Shown here: positions 52,506-61,049 of the stretch, piece by piece
How the letters are laid out: the number at the start of each line of letters is the position of its first letter
Position numbering within the stretch: position 1 is the stretch's first letter
Assembly (NCBI GenBank): GCA_035473115.1
Contig: DATION010000002.1
Location: forward strand, 105,368 to 169,367
From: Candidatus Udaeobacter sp.
GTDB taxonomy: Bacteria > Patescibacteriota > Patescibacteriia > Magasanikbacterales > GWA2-37-8
Direction: 5' to 3'
Length of the DNA: 64,000 bases
The notes under the pieces: model-generated
Database searches by the model: none
What the model was told of the DNA's origin: nothing
Seen by the model: the letters and a program-made list of their open reading frames with translations, nothing else
Program-made: the position numbers and the translations under genes

Positions 52506-52550
52506 GCCCGTTGCCTGGAGACCAAAATCCAGCACGGGCCTTTGTTATTT
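52506..52550 (+). terminator. Hairpin terminator of cassette 3
   Basis: GGCCCGT...ACGGGCC stem (7 bp) followed by TTTGTTATTT. An additional AGCGAG-AGCAAT-CTCGCT hairpin lies at 52478-52495. Confidence 0.5.
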
Positions 52551-52569
52551 ATAAACACAACAGTTTTGC

Positions 52570-53205
52570 TCAATCTCCAATTTTATAAAGGATGTTATTT
52601 TGTATATAAACCGGCATTTCCCAATCCAAATGATCGGTCCATGGATTATAGATCCATTTTTCTAAATCTTTATTTATTCTAACAATTCTAGCTGGTTCTC
52701 CAAATGCGTTCCGCACTTTTTCAACGCTCCAACCGCGCAAATCATTTCCAACATGACCAATTAAACTACCTCTCCTGTCTGTTTGCATTTTGATTTGTAT
52801 TTTTTGACTAAGATTTTCATAATTTTTACCAAAAGCATAAAAATCTTTTTCCCAAAGATAAACCGTTCTCCCAGCCGTTATCGTAGCTCCAGGCACAAAC
52901 GGATCTTCTCCTAAATCAAATCTAATCTCTCTTTTATAGGGAGGAGCAATAAATAAAAAAATAAAAACAAAAAATAAAATAATCGAAAAAATAATATATT
53001 TCCCAATTATTTTAATATCTAATACCTTCAAAACTGCTAATCTAAACCAATATATCCAATTTAAAAGTATAGACAAAATAAATACAATAAAATTAAATTT
53101 CCAGTTATAGCCTTCTTTAGCCGCAGCAAAAGAAGCAATTAAAAAGCAAGCTCCTATGAAAGTTATTATTAATGATGGTAAAAAATATAGATATTTCTTA
53201 TTCAT
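52570..53205 (-). CDS. Hypothetical membrane protein
   Basis: Three N-terminal transmembrane helices and a C-terminal soluble domain. No family recognised. Confidence 0.4.
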   Translation of the reverse strand: MNKKYLYFLPSLIITFIGACFLIASFAAAKEGYNWKFNFIVFILSILLNWIYWFRLAVLKVLDIKIIGKYIIFSIILFFVFIFLFIAPPYKREIRFDLGEDPFVPGATITAGRTVYLWEKDFYAFGKNYENLSQKIQIKMQTDRRGSLIGHVGNDLRGWSVEKVRNAFGEPARIVRINKDLEKWIYNPWTDHLDWEMPVYIQNNILYKIGD

Positions 53206-53208
53206 ACT

Positions 53209-55506
53209 CTATTTACCCCAGAATCTTCCCTGTTCAAACATCTGTCGTTTCCATTTATAAAAATCTAAATATTCACATAAAGTAAGCGGTGTATTGCTAG
53301 CCACAATACTATTTTCTTGAGAACATTGCAGATCGCTTGGAATGGCATAGCTAATATTCTGTTTTCCATTTTCTTCTTGGTTTATATATAATCCGTATTC
53401 ATGCATTCCCAAAACATTTGGATATTTATTTCTATCATCAAAAACAGAATGGCCTTCAAAATTACTGGCGGTGTTAATATTTAAAATTTGCAACAAGGTA
53501 GGTGCTATATCTATACCGGAAGCAATGGTGTTTGATTCTTTTGGCAAAGTTCCATCTGGCAAATACATCATCAGCATATTTTCATCATAAAAACTCAGCT
53601 TATCGGCATCCTTAGGGAATAAATTTTTTATATCCGCACCCGGAAAAACTGCATGATCAGCCACAGCTACAACAATTGTATTATTGTAATATTTACTCTG
53701 TTTAAATTCTTGCCAGAATTTACCAAAAGCATCGTCGGTGGTGTGATACGAATTTAAAACATCATTTTTCCCATCTTGATACGGCGTCACATCTTTGGAT
53801 AAATTAAATGGCGCATGCGAATCAATGGTCGACATCATCATCAAAAATGGTTCCTGTTTTTCTTTATTGACTAATTGCCACATGGCTGGAAAGAGCTGAT
53901 GATCGGAGTATCCCCAAGACAAGGGCTCGTCTTTGATAATATTTTTTAATTCATCCTGACCATAAATACTTTCGGTATCCATGCTGGAAAAAATATTATA
54001 TTTATTCTCAAACTCTTTTTTTACCGCTGTGATATAAGTGGCGGATTTAAAGCCATTATTTTTTAAGATGGTTGGCAGACAAAGCAAACGCAATCTCTGC
54101 AAATTTTTATTATCTTCAACTTCGGTATAGCCAGTCGGTGGCAAAAAAGAACAAAGCTGGCCGATAATGCCGTTTATAGTTGGTGTGGAAGCGTTAAAAT
54201 AATTTTTAAATACAGTTGTATGCGGATCACTAGCCATATTTTCTAAACCAGGCGTTAAGCCAACTAAATTTTTATTATAAACACTAGTCAAGCGGCTAGA
54301 AAAAGATTCAAAAAAAACGATGATTACATTTGGTTTTGTAATGGCAAATTTTGGCGGCAGGATTTTTTTATCTGATGTAAAAATTTTGTCTTTACTGGTT
54401 AAATAAAAATCATCTGAGTGGTAAAATAAACCAAATTTTTCTAATTTTTCTTTGGTTATTGGATTTAATTTAACTTCAATTTTTTTTCCTAAAAAATAAT
54501 TATAAAAATTTCTGGCCACACTATATTCCGGAGTGTTTTGAAAAGAACTTAAGCCAAATAAAGAAATAAGACTAATAGCAATTAAAGCTAAACTATAATA
54601 TGCCCATTGTCTAAAAGAAGTCGTTCCAAAAGATTTAATAATTCTATGAAAAATTAAGCTAAAAATAATCAGTACAGCCAAAGCGATAGCCACCACAGTT
54701 GCCATAAACCAGTTAAACCCTACACTGCTGGCGCCGCTGGCAACTTGCAGCATTAACGGACTTAAATATAGTCCGGTAAAATACATAATGCCAATATTTA
54801 CTCCCCAAAAAACTAGTAGAAAAACGAATAAAATAACCCACAATCCCAAGGCCAAGTATCGCCAAAATGATTTAACTTTCCAATAGATAAGGGTAGAAAC
54901 CGAAAACCCTAAGACTAAAAACATAGTTATTGCCCAGGAGCGGAAAAAGACAATATTATAAAATTTTAGATAAGGATCAAAATTGGCAAACCGATAGGCC
55001 GAGTATTGTAAAATAAAAAATAAGCTAAACAAGAAAAAAATTAACCTAAAAATATTTTTGTTTACCAATTTCCATTCTTTAGCATTGGGATGAAGCGACA
55101 AATACTGTTGAGAACGATAAAAAAACAAAATCATCACATATAAAAATATGCCGGCGCTAAGCATCTGTTGACGGCTAAAGAAAACTAAGAAAAAAAGCGA
55201 GAAAATAAAAAACAGACTGTCCAAAAATCTACCGAACTCCTTTTGCCAAAAAACATGCCTATTAAATTTAACCGTAAAAAACTGATATAGCCATTTGAAT
55301 ATCGCATAGCCAACGTAAACAAAAATCCAGGTAGCCAGAGAAATAAGAATAAATCGGCTATGTGGCCGATACGCCGTATGATACCAATTCCAACCGGCGG
55401 CAATAACAAAAGCGCCGACTATTCTAAAAAAAGTCGGCAGCTTGCCCGGCGTAGTATTAATGAAGACGGGCTGTTTTTTTATTTTATTTAAAAAATCTTT
55501 CAGCAT
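53209..55506 (-). CDS. LtaS/MdoB-like sulfatase-family membrane protein (phosphoglycerol or phosphoethanolamine transferase-like)
   Basis: Polytopic N-terminal half and a C-terminal alkaline-phosphatase-superfamily (sulfatase) domain (IVFFESFSS..., ...DHAVFPGAD). Confidence 0.65.
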   Translation of the reverse strand: MLKDFLNKIKKQPVFINTTPGKLPTFFRIVGAFVIAAGWNWYHTAYRPHSRFILISLATWIFVYVGYAIFKWLYQFFTVKFNRHVFWQKEFGRFLDSLFFIFSLFFLVFFSRQQMLSAGIFLYVMILFFYRSQQYLSLHPNAKEWKLVNKNIFRLIFFLFSLFFILQYSAYRFANFDPYLKFYNIVFFRSWAITMFLVLGFSVSTLIYWKVKSFWRYLALGLWVILFVFLLVFWGVNIGIMYFTGLYLSPLMLQVASGASSVGFNWFMATVVAIALAVLIIFSLIFHRIIKSFGTTSFRQWAYYSLALIAISLISLFGLSSFQNTPEYSVARNFYNYFLGKKIEVKLNPITKEKLEKFGLFYHSDDFYLTSKDKIFTSDKKILPPKFAITKPNVIIVFFESFSSRLTSVYNKNLVGLTPGLENMASDPHTTVFKNYFNASTPTINGIIGQLCSFLPPTGYTEVEDNKNLQRLRLLCLPTILKNNGFKSATYITAVKKEFENKYNIFSSMDTESIYGQDELKNIIKDEPLSWGYSDHQLFPAMWQLVNKEKQEPFLMMMSTIDSHAPFNLSKDVTPYQDGKNDVLNSYHTTDDAFGKFWQEFKQSKYYNNTIVVAVADHAVFPGADIKNLFPKDADKLSFYDENMLMMYLPDGTLPKESNTIASGIDIAPTLLQILNINTASNFEGHSVFDDRNKYPNVLGMHEYGLYINQEENGKQNISYAIPSDLQCSQENSIVASNTPLTLCEYLDFYKWKRQMFEQGRFWGK

Positions 55507-55510
55507 GGTA

Positions 55511-55870
55511 TTATTCTTCCATTCTGTATTCTTTGTCGGCTCGGCCCATTTTTTTATCTTTGGATTGCACGCGCTGCTTTAATTTATATTTTTTTAATTC
55601 TGCTTCCAGATAATCACGGACTTTGTCTATCGCTTTATACAAATTTTCTTCCTGTTTGGCGGCAAAAATATTCTTGCCCGGTACATCCAGCTTGAATTCG
55701 GCGTTAAACATATCGCCTTTGCGGTGGTGCTGACTATTAACACCGACGATTATCTCTGTTCTGATGATGCGATTATTATAAAATTTATTTAAAGATTCGG
55801 CTTTTTTACTGGCATAATCTTTGATGGCTTGGGTAAGTTCAATGCCTCTGCCCGTAATTTGTATTTCCAT
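55511..55870 (-). CDS. hpf: Ribosome hibernation-promoting factor (HPF/RaiA family)
   Basis: MEIQITGRGIELTQAIKDYA... sigma-54-modulation-protein fold signature. 119 aa. Confidence 0.8.
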   Translation of the reverse strand: MEIQITGRGIELTQAIKDYASKKAESLNKFYNNRIIRTEIIVGVNSQHHRKGDMFNAEFKLDVPGKNIFAAKQEENLYKAIDKVRDYLEAELKKYKLKQRVQSKDKKMGRADKEYRMEE

Positions 55871-55892
55871 AAAAAAATTAATTTAAAATATT

Positions 55893-56840
55893 TTATTTTA
55901 CAATTTGCACTTCCGGCTCCAGTTCCACGCCAAATTTATTATATACCCTTTGTTTGATCTCTTCAACCAAAGTCAATACATCAATTTGAGTCGCATTATG
56001 ATAATTTATCACATAATTACCATGCTCATCAGAAATTTTGGCGCCTCCGGAAGACAAACCGCGCAACCCCAGCTGTTCAGTCATCCAACCGACCGGCACT
56101 GAACCTCTCTGCAAAAATATTTCCGGCAAATCTTTGGTGTCTCCGGGCCATTTATGCAGTTTTAAATTCTTAAAAAAGCTGCCAGCTGAAGGAAACGGCG
56201 TATGTTTGCGCTGTTTTAAGTAAGCTTGCATGTTTTCCATTATTTTTTGCTTGTCCCCCGGTTCCAAATAAATTGAAGCGCGTAAAATTATATCTTTATT
56301 ATGTTTAAAAATAGTATCACGGTAAGCAAATTTGCAATCTTCATTTTTTAACCTGACAACTTCACCGTCACGCCAAATATCAACCCACTGGATAACTGTA
56401 GATATATCTTTGCCCATTGCGCCGGCATTGCCTCGTATAGCTCCGCCAAACGTACCCGGCACGCCCACAGCCCAATCCATACCAGCCAAGCTGTTTTTGG
56501 CCGCTAAATTCACTACCATGCCCAAAACTGTGCCTGCATCTATCTCAATATCAAAGCCAATTCCTTTGGGTGTAATTTTTGGAGCGTCATTAGTAGCAAT
56601 TTTTATTACCAATCCGTCATAACCATTATCATTCATCAGCAAATTTGATCCGCCGCTTAAAACAAAATAATCAGCGCCTTCTTTTGCCAAAAAATTGAGA
56701 AGTTTAACCAGAAGATCTGTCTTGCGGACAATAATAAAAAGTTTGGCCGGACCGCCAATTTTAAAAGTGGTATGTTTGGATAAAAGTTCGTTTATCTTAA
56801 CATCGCCAAACTCCTTTAATTTGTTATAAAAGTCATCCAT
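55893..56840 (-). CDS. murB: UDP-N-acetylenolpyruvoylglucosamine reductase
   Basis: FAD-binding domain (FKIGGPAKLF, SGGSNLL) and a C-terminal MurB domain. Confidence 0.85.
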   Translation of the reverse strand: MDDFYNKLKEFGDVKINELLSKHTTFKIGGPAKLFIIVRKTDLLVKLLNFLAKEGADYFVLSGGSNLLMNDNGYDGLVIKIATNDAPKITPKGIGFDIEIDAGTVLGMVVNLAAKNSLAGMDWAVGVPGTFGGAIRGNAGAMGKDISTVIQWVDIWRDGEVVRLKNEDCKFAYRDTIFKHNKDIILRASIYLEPGDKQKIMENMQAYLKQRKHTPFPSAGSFFKNLKLHKWPGDTKDLPEIFLQRGSVPVGWMTEQLGLRGLSSGGAKISDEHGNYVINYHNATQIDVLTLVEEIKQRVYNKFGVELEPEVQIVK

Positions 56841-56933
56841 AAATTAAGTAGATTTATTCTTGCTTTTTATTGCTTTTTCCAGTATGATAAGCACCATGAC
56901 AAGTATGAATATACCATAGTATATAGCAAACTT

Positions 56934-58169
56934 ATGCCGATTTCAAATAACCTATTAACAATACTTGCTCAGCACCTAGTATTTTATGTCTGCCGAGACT
57001 TGGAGCGAGCCATTGGAATTGACTTATCTTTGCCAAATTATCGAATAATTACCAACTACAACGAATTTTCGGCCAAACTTGCCCGGCAGTATGCAAATAT
57101 TACTTTAATTAAAGCAGAAAAACAACTTGATACCGCCAGTTTGCTAAAGCATAAACAAACACAAAATTTAATTAAAAAAAACGATTTTGTCCTGGTATTC
57201 AAAAATAACGTCATTATCGAAACTGAATGCAAAAAAAACGGCTGGAAATTATTAAACCCCGATTCAAAACTTGCCGATAAAGTTGAAGGAAAAATATCGC
57301 AAGTTAAATGGCTGGGAAGCTTGGCTAAATATCTGCCGCCTTGCCAAATCACTACTTGCGGTAAAATTAAATGGAACAAAAAAACTTTTGTTTTGCAGTT
57401 CAATCATTCTCACACCGGCAGCGGCACATTTTTTATAAGTTCAAATAAACAGTTAAACGATCTAAAAGCCAAATTTTTTAATCGAGAAGCGCGCGTAATG
57501 CCATTTATTAACGGACCGGTATTTACCAATAACAATATAGTTTGGGGAAATAAAATTTTAATCGGCAATATAAGTTTTCAGATCACCGGCCTATCCCCTT
57601 TTACGGAAAATAAGTTTGCCACTATCGGCAATGACTGGGCTTTACCCCATCAGCTATTAAACGCTAAACAGATTAAGCAATATAAACAAATAGCAACTGA
57701 AGTCGGAAAAAAATTAAGCCGCGACGGTTGGAAAGGTTTGTACGGCATTGATATAATTATCGACAAAAAAACCGGCCGATTATATTTACTGGAAATAAAT
57801 GCCCGTCAACCAGCCTCTACCACTTTTGAATCACAGTTGCAAAAATTAAATACAATTGATGACAAAGCAAAAATTTCTACCTTTGAAGCGCACTTGGCAA
57901 GCTTGTTAGAAGTTAAACCAAATAATTACCAACTTACTTCTATAAACAACGGCGCGCAAATAATCCAAAAAGTTACAACCAAAATAACCAAAATAAAATT
58001 ACCGCAAATTAATAATAAATCTACCGCGCAAATCATCAGTTACAATAATGATTCCCTTGAATCCGATCTGTTCCGAATACAGACTAGCGCTGGTCTAATG
58101 CAAACAGTCAATACATTTAACAAATTCGGCAAAGAAATCCGTTCGGCTATGCTGGCGCTTAAAAAATAG
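56934..58169 (+). CDS. ATP-grasp domain protein of unknown specificity
   Basis: C-terminal GLYGIDIIIDKKTGRLYLLEINARQ resembles the ATP-grasp catalytic loop. The N-terminal region is not recognised. Confidence 0.5.
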   Translation: MPISNNLLTILAQHLVFYVCRDLERAIGIDLSLPNYRIITNYNEFSAKLARQYANITLIKAEKQLDTASLLKHKQTQNLIKKNDFVLVFKNNVIIETECKKNGWKLLNPDSKLADKVEGKISQVKWLGSLAKYLPPCQITTCGKIKWNKKTFVLQFNHSHTGSGTFFISSNKQLNDLKAKFFNREARVMPFINGPVFTNNNIVWGNKILIGNISFQITGLSPFTENKFATIGNDWALPHQLLNAKQIKQYKQIATEVGKKLSRDGWKGLYGIDIIIDKKTGRLYLLEINARQPASTTFESQLQKLNTIDDKAKISTFEAHLASLLEVKPNNYQLTSINNGAQIIQKVTTKITKIKLPQINNKSTAQIISYNNDSLESDLFRIQTSAGLMQTVNTFNKFGKEIRSAMLALKK

Positions 58170-58170
58170 T

Positions 58171-58980
58171 ATGACTAAAACCTTATCTCTTACAGCCGAA
58201 AAAACAATTCATGATTACCTTAATCTGCCTTTCACCGGCATCTACGGCGTACGCTGCCCTTATTTTAATAATTCCAAACTCGGTCAGCGAGGACAGTTAA
58301 GAGTTTTAATCGGCAAAGGCTCACCGGAAGAAATTGTGGAAGAAGCAAAGATAATTTCCACCCAATACCACAAAGATATTTTTGATAAGAACGGAGTTTT
58401 TAACGCGCATACCGATCACCCGGCCGAGCATGAACAAATAGAATGCATACGACAATTTTTGATAGAAAATAATTTGGGCATAGATTGCTCCGGCTTTGTT
58501 ACTCATGTTCTGCAAAAACATTTTCAAGAAACAAATAATATTAATTTGGTCAAAAAACTTTTTATTACCTCAAAGAAAAATTTCTGCCGCTGGCTTATCA
58601 GCCGCCTGCGTCCGATTGAGCAAATTGATGTAAATGTCTATGCTAATGACAAAAATACCATAGTAATAAACGATTTACGGGCAATTGAACCTGGTGATTT
58701 GGTTATTATGTTAAAAACCGGACCAAGAAAAACCTATAACCACATTTTGCTTATAGAAGAAGTAGATGGAAATAAAATTAAATACGCGCAATCCCGCGCT
58801 TGGCCCAGCGATGGCCGCTACGGACATGGCGTAGCCCAAGGTTTTATTACAATTAATAATCCGGAAAAAAATTTGCTGGAACAAACCTGGGAAGAAAAAA
58901 ATAAACTAAATGAAGAAAACGAAACTTATTTAGAAGCCAAACAGGCTGAAGTTTTAGAAATTAGAAGAATTAAATTTTAA
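58171..58980 (+). CDS. NlpC/P60-like (papain-fold) putative cysteine peptidase/amidase
   Basis: The GIDCSGFV motif is typical of the NlpC/P60 catalytic Cys, and a downstream His (NHILLIEE) is present. Translationally coupled to the ATP-grasp gene. Confidence 0.45.
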   Translation: MTKTLSLTAEKTIHDYLNLPFTGIYGVRCPYFNNSKLGQRGQLRVLIGKGSPEEIVEEAKIISTQYHKDIFDKNGVFNAHTDHPAEHEQIECIRQFLIENNLGIDCSGFVTHVLQKHFQETNNINLVKKLFITSKKNFCRWLISRLRPIEQIDVNVYANDKNTIVINDLRAIEPGDLVIMLKTGPRKTYNHILLIEEVDGNKIKYAQSRAWPSDGRYGHGVAQGFITINNPEKNLLEQTWEEKNKLNEENETYLEAKQAEVLEIRRIKF

Positions 58981-59061
58981 TTGTCATTCTGAACAAAGTG
59001 AAGAATCCCTGTCTCAAACACCGAATGGACAGAGATCCTTCGTTCCACTCAGGATGACAAA
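58981..59061. repeat. Palindromic repeat element copy C (intergenic, NlpC/P60-like gene to mraY)
   Basis: TTGTCATTCTGAAC...GTGAAGAATCCCTGTC...GACAGAGATCCTTCG...CACTCAGGATGACAA. It starts immediately after the stop codon at 58980. Confidence 0.7.
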
Positions 59062-59073
59062 CTAAACAATTTT

Positions 59074-60189
59074 ATGAATTTACAATTAATTCAACAAGCT
59101 CTAACTTATTTAATTTTTTCCGCTGTCGGAGCGTTTGTTTGGTCGCCACTGCTTATCAAATTTTTATATAAATACAACATCACTCGCCGCGATGAATTTG
59201 ATTTTACCCTTAAAGGTGATCGCAATAAAAAAATTGGCACACCAATTATGGGCGGACTGCTTGTGATAATTACGGTAACGTTAATTACTGTGTTCTTTAA
59301 CTGGAACCGAGAAAGTACTTATGTGCCTATGGGTGTGATGGGGATTGCAGCGCTGCTGGGAGCGGCCGATGATTTATTAAACATTTTTGGCAAAAAACGC
59401 CGCGAACGAAAAATCTCGCATATTATAAATTTAATAAAACTGCACAAACAATGGTATATGCGTTTGTGGTATATCTTTATTTTGCCTTGGGAAATTTTTA
59501 GAAAACTGGCTTCCATGCTTGGCTCTCACCCTGGCCGAGGTATTCAAGTTCACGAAAAACTATTGTTTCAATTCTTGGCCGGAGCGGTTACGGCTTGGTG
59601 GATATATTTTAAATTGGGAATTTTTTGGCACTCTTTATGGATGCCGTTTGACGGCCAACCATTTATTGGCTGGTGGATAATCCCAATTGTCATTTTTTTC
59701 GTAATGTTTACCGCTAATGCCGTGAATTTTGCTGATGGTTTGGATGGTTTGGCTGGCGGATCACTGATCATAACTTTCTTGGGCTTAATGATAATCAGCT
59801 GGACTGAAGGCCGAGTCTCTTTTACTATTCTTAATGCTACAGTTGTTGGTGCTTTAATGACTTACACTTATTTTAATGTAAAGCCAGCCAGGTTTCAGAT
59901 GGGAGATGTAGGTTCCTTGGGGTTAGGCGCATTGTTAGCTATTAACGCCATTGCCGTAAACCGCACGATGCTTTTGCCGTTTCTCGGTTTTATTTTTTAT
60001 ATAGAAATAATTTCTGTACTTATCCAAGTTTTCTGTCGCCGTTTGCTGGGAAAAAGATTTTTTAAGATGGCACCGCTACATCATCATTTTGAATTCCATG
60101 GCTGGAGCGAAGAAAAAATCGTGATGCGTTTTTGGCTAGTGCACGCGTTTTTTGTAATTCTAGCAATTTGGATGAGTTTGTATAAATAA
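59074..60189 (+). CDS. mraY: Phospho-N-acetylmuramoyl-pentapeptide transferase
   Basis: NAVNFADGLDGLA and PLHHHFE motifs. Polytopic membrane protein. Confidence 0.9.
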   Translation: MNLQLIQQALTYLIFSAVGAFVWSPLLIKFLYKYNITRRDEFDFTLKGDRNKKIGTPIMGGLLVIITVTLITVFFNWNRESTYVPMGVMGIAALLGAADDLLNIFGKKRRERKISHIINLIKLHKQWYMRLWYIFILPWEIFRKLASMLGSHPGRGIQVHEKLLFQFLAGAVTAWWIYFKLGIFWHSLWMPFDGQPFIGWWIIPIVIFFVMFTANAVNFADGLDGLAGGSLIITFLGLMIISWTEGRVSFTILNATVVGALMTYTYFNVKPARFQMGDVGSLGLGALLAINAIAVNRTMLLPFLGFIFYIEIISVLIQVFCRRLLGKRFFKMAPLHHHFEFHGWSEEKIVMRFWLVHAFFVILAIWMSLYK

Positions 60190-60198
60190 TTAAAAAAG

Positions 60199-60304
60199 CA
60201 TTATATAATTTGTTAATTTTTGCAGTGGTCATCGCACCTCCGGGTAGGCGTCCCGACAAAGTCGGGACAGTTTGACCACAAAAAAATTAACAAATTATAT
60301 AATG
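60199..60304. repeat. Nested palindrome with GC-rich core between mraY and the downstream gene
   Basis: 24-bp AT-rich inverted arms (CATTATATAATTTGTTAATTTTTG / CAAAAAAATTAACAAATTATATAATG) flank a GC-rich core that holds two further hairpins (GTGGTCA...TGACCAC and GTCCCGAC-AAA-GTCGGGAC). Confidence 0.6.
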
Positions 60305-61042
60305 ATCCATGATATGTACCTAAGCTGGCAAGAGAAAACTTTAACTGAATTTAATGACACAGATATAGAAAATGCCTATGACCAAGGCTTTGTTTTTACG
60401 CGTATTGGTAGAGGAGTAATGAATCAAACGAGAAGCTTACGAATCGATTTAGCCAAATTTGAATTATCTTCGGAAAACCGCCGTATCTTGAATAAAACTG
60501 AAGAGTTGAATTTATCTGTAGAGCCAATCCCCTATGCCGAATACGAATGGACAATCCATAAAATGGGCAAGGAATTTTACGAAACAAAGTTTGGAGATAA
60601 AGTTTTTAGCGCGCAAAAAATAAAAGAGCTGATCACAGACAAGGAAAAAAGTAATTTTAATAAATTATTTGTTTACGCTGTCATCCCGACCGCAGTGGAG
60701 GGATCCCTTAAACCACAAAGTATAAGGGATTCTTCGACTCCGCTCCGCTCCGCTCAGAATGACAAAGCGACGCCGATTGGTTACTGTATTACTTTAGAAA
60801 CCAAAAATATTTTACACTACTGTTACCCTTTTTATGACCTGGCTTTAAACTTTCCTAACTTAGGGATGGGCATGATGCTCAAAGCAATTGTTTGGGCAAA
60901 GGAAAACAATAAAAAATATATTTATTTAGGCTCATTCCAACGGCCAACTGACACTTACAAACTGCAATTTGCTGGATTAGAATGGTTTGAAGGAACAGAA
61001 TGGAAAAATGATTTAGAAGAATTAAAATTAATAAACTTATAA
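60302..61042 (+). CDS. Bpt/ATE-family aminoacyl-tRNA--protein transferase-like protein (GNAT fold) carrying an in-frame palindromic-element insertion
   Basis: QGF...RxG, FELSSENRRIL and YLGSFQ...TYKLQF resemble Bpt/ATE1 motifs (NGFRRSG, LSRSQKRLL, YLGY...NYKVRF). The start was chosen at ATG 60302; the ORF-track start at 60272 is a TTG inside the upstream palindrome. The segment IPTAVEGSLKPQSIRDSSTPLRSAQNDKATP comes from repeat copy D. Confidence 0.45.
   Translation: MIHDMYLSWQEKTLTEFNDTDIENAYDQGFVFTRIGRGVMNQTRSLRIDLAKFELSSENRRILNKTEELNLSVEPIPYAEYEWTIHKMGKEFYETKFGDKVFSAQKIKELITDKEKSNFNKLFVYAVIPTAVEGSLKPQSIRDSSTPLRSAQNDKATPIGYCITLETKNILHYCYPFYDLALNFPNLGMGMMLKAIVWAKENNKKYIYLGSFQRPTDTYKLQFAGLEWFEGTEWKNDLEELKLINL
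60678..60760. repeat. Palindromic repeat element copy D, inserted in frame in the Bpt-like gene
   Basis: TGTCATCCCGACCGC...GTGGAGGGATCCCTTA...TAAGGGATTCTTCGAC...GCTCAGAATGACA. Confidence 0.75.
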
Positions 61043-61049
61043 CTATAAT

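Noticed and set aside
60272-60301. ORF-track start at 60272 (TTG) for the Bpt-like gene and at 47142 (TTG) for rlmN
   Set aside because: Both use non-ATG starts that fall inside an upstream palindrome or promoter. Downstream ATGs give canonical N-termini.
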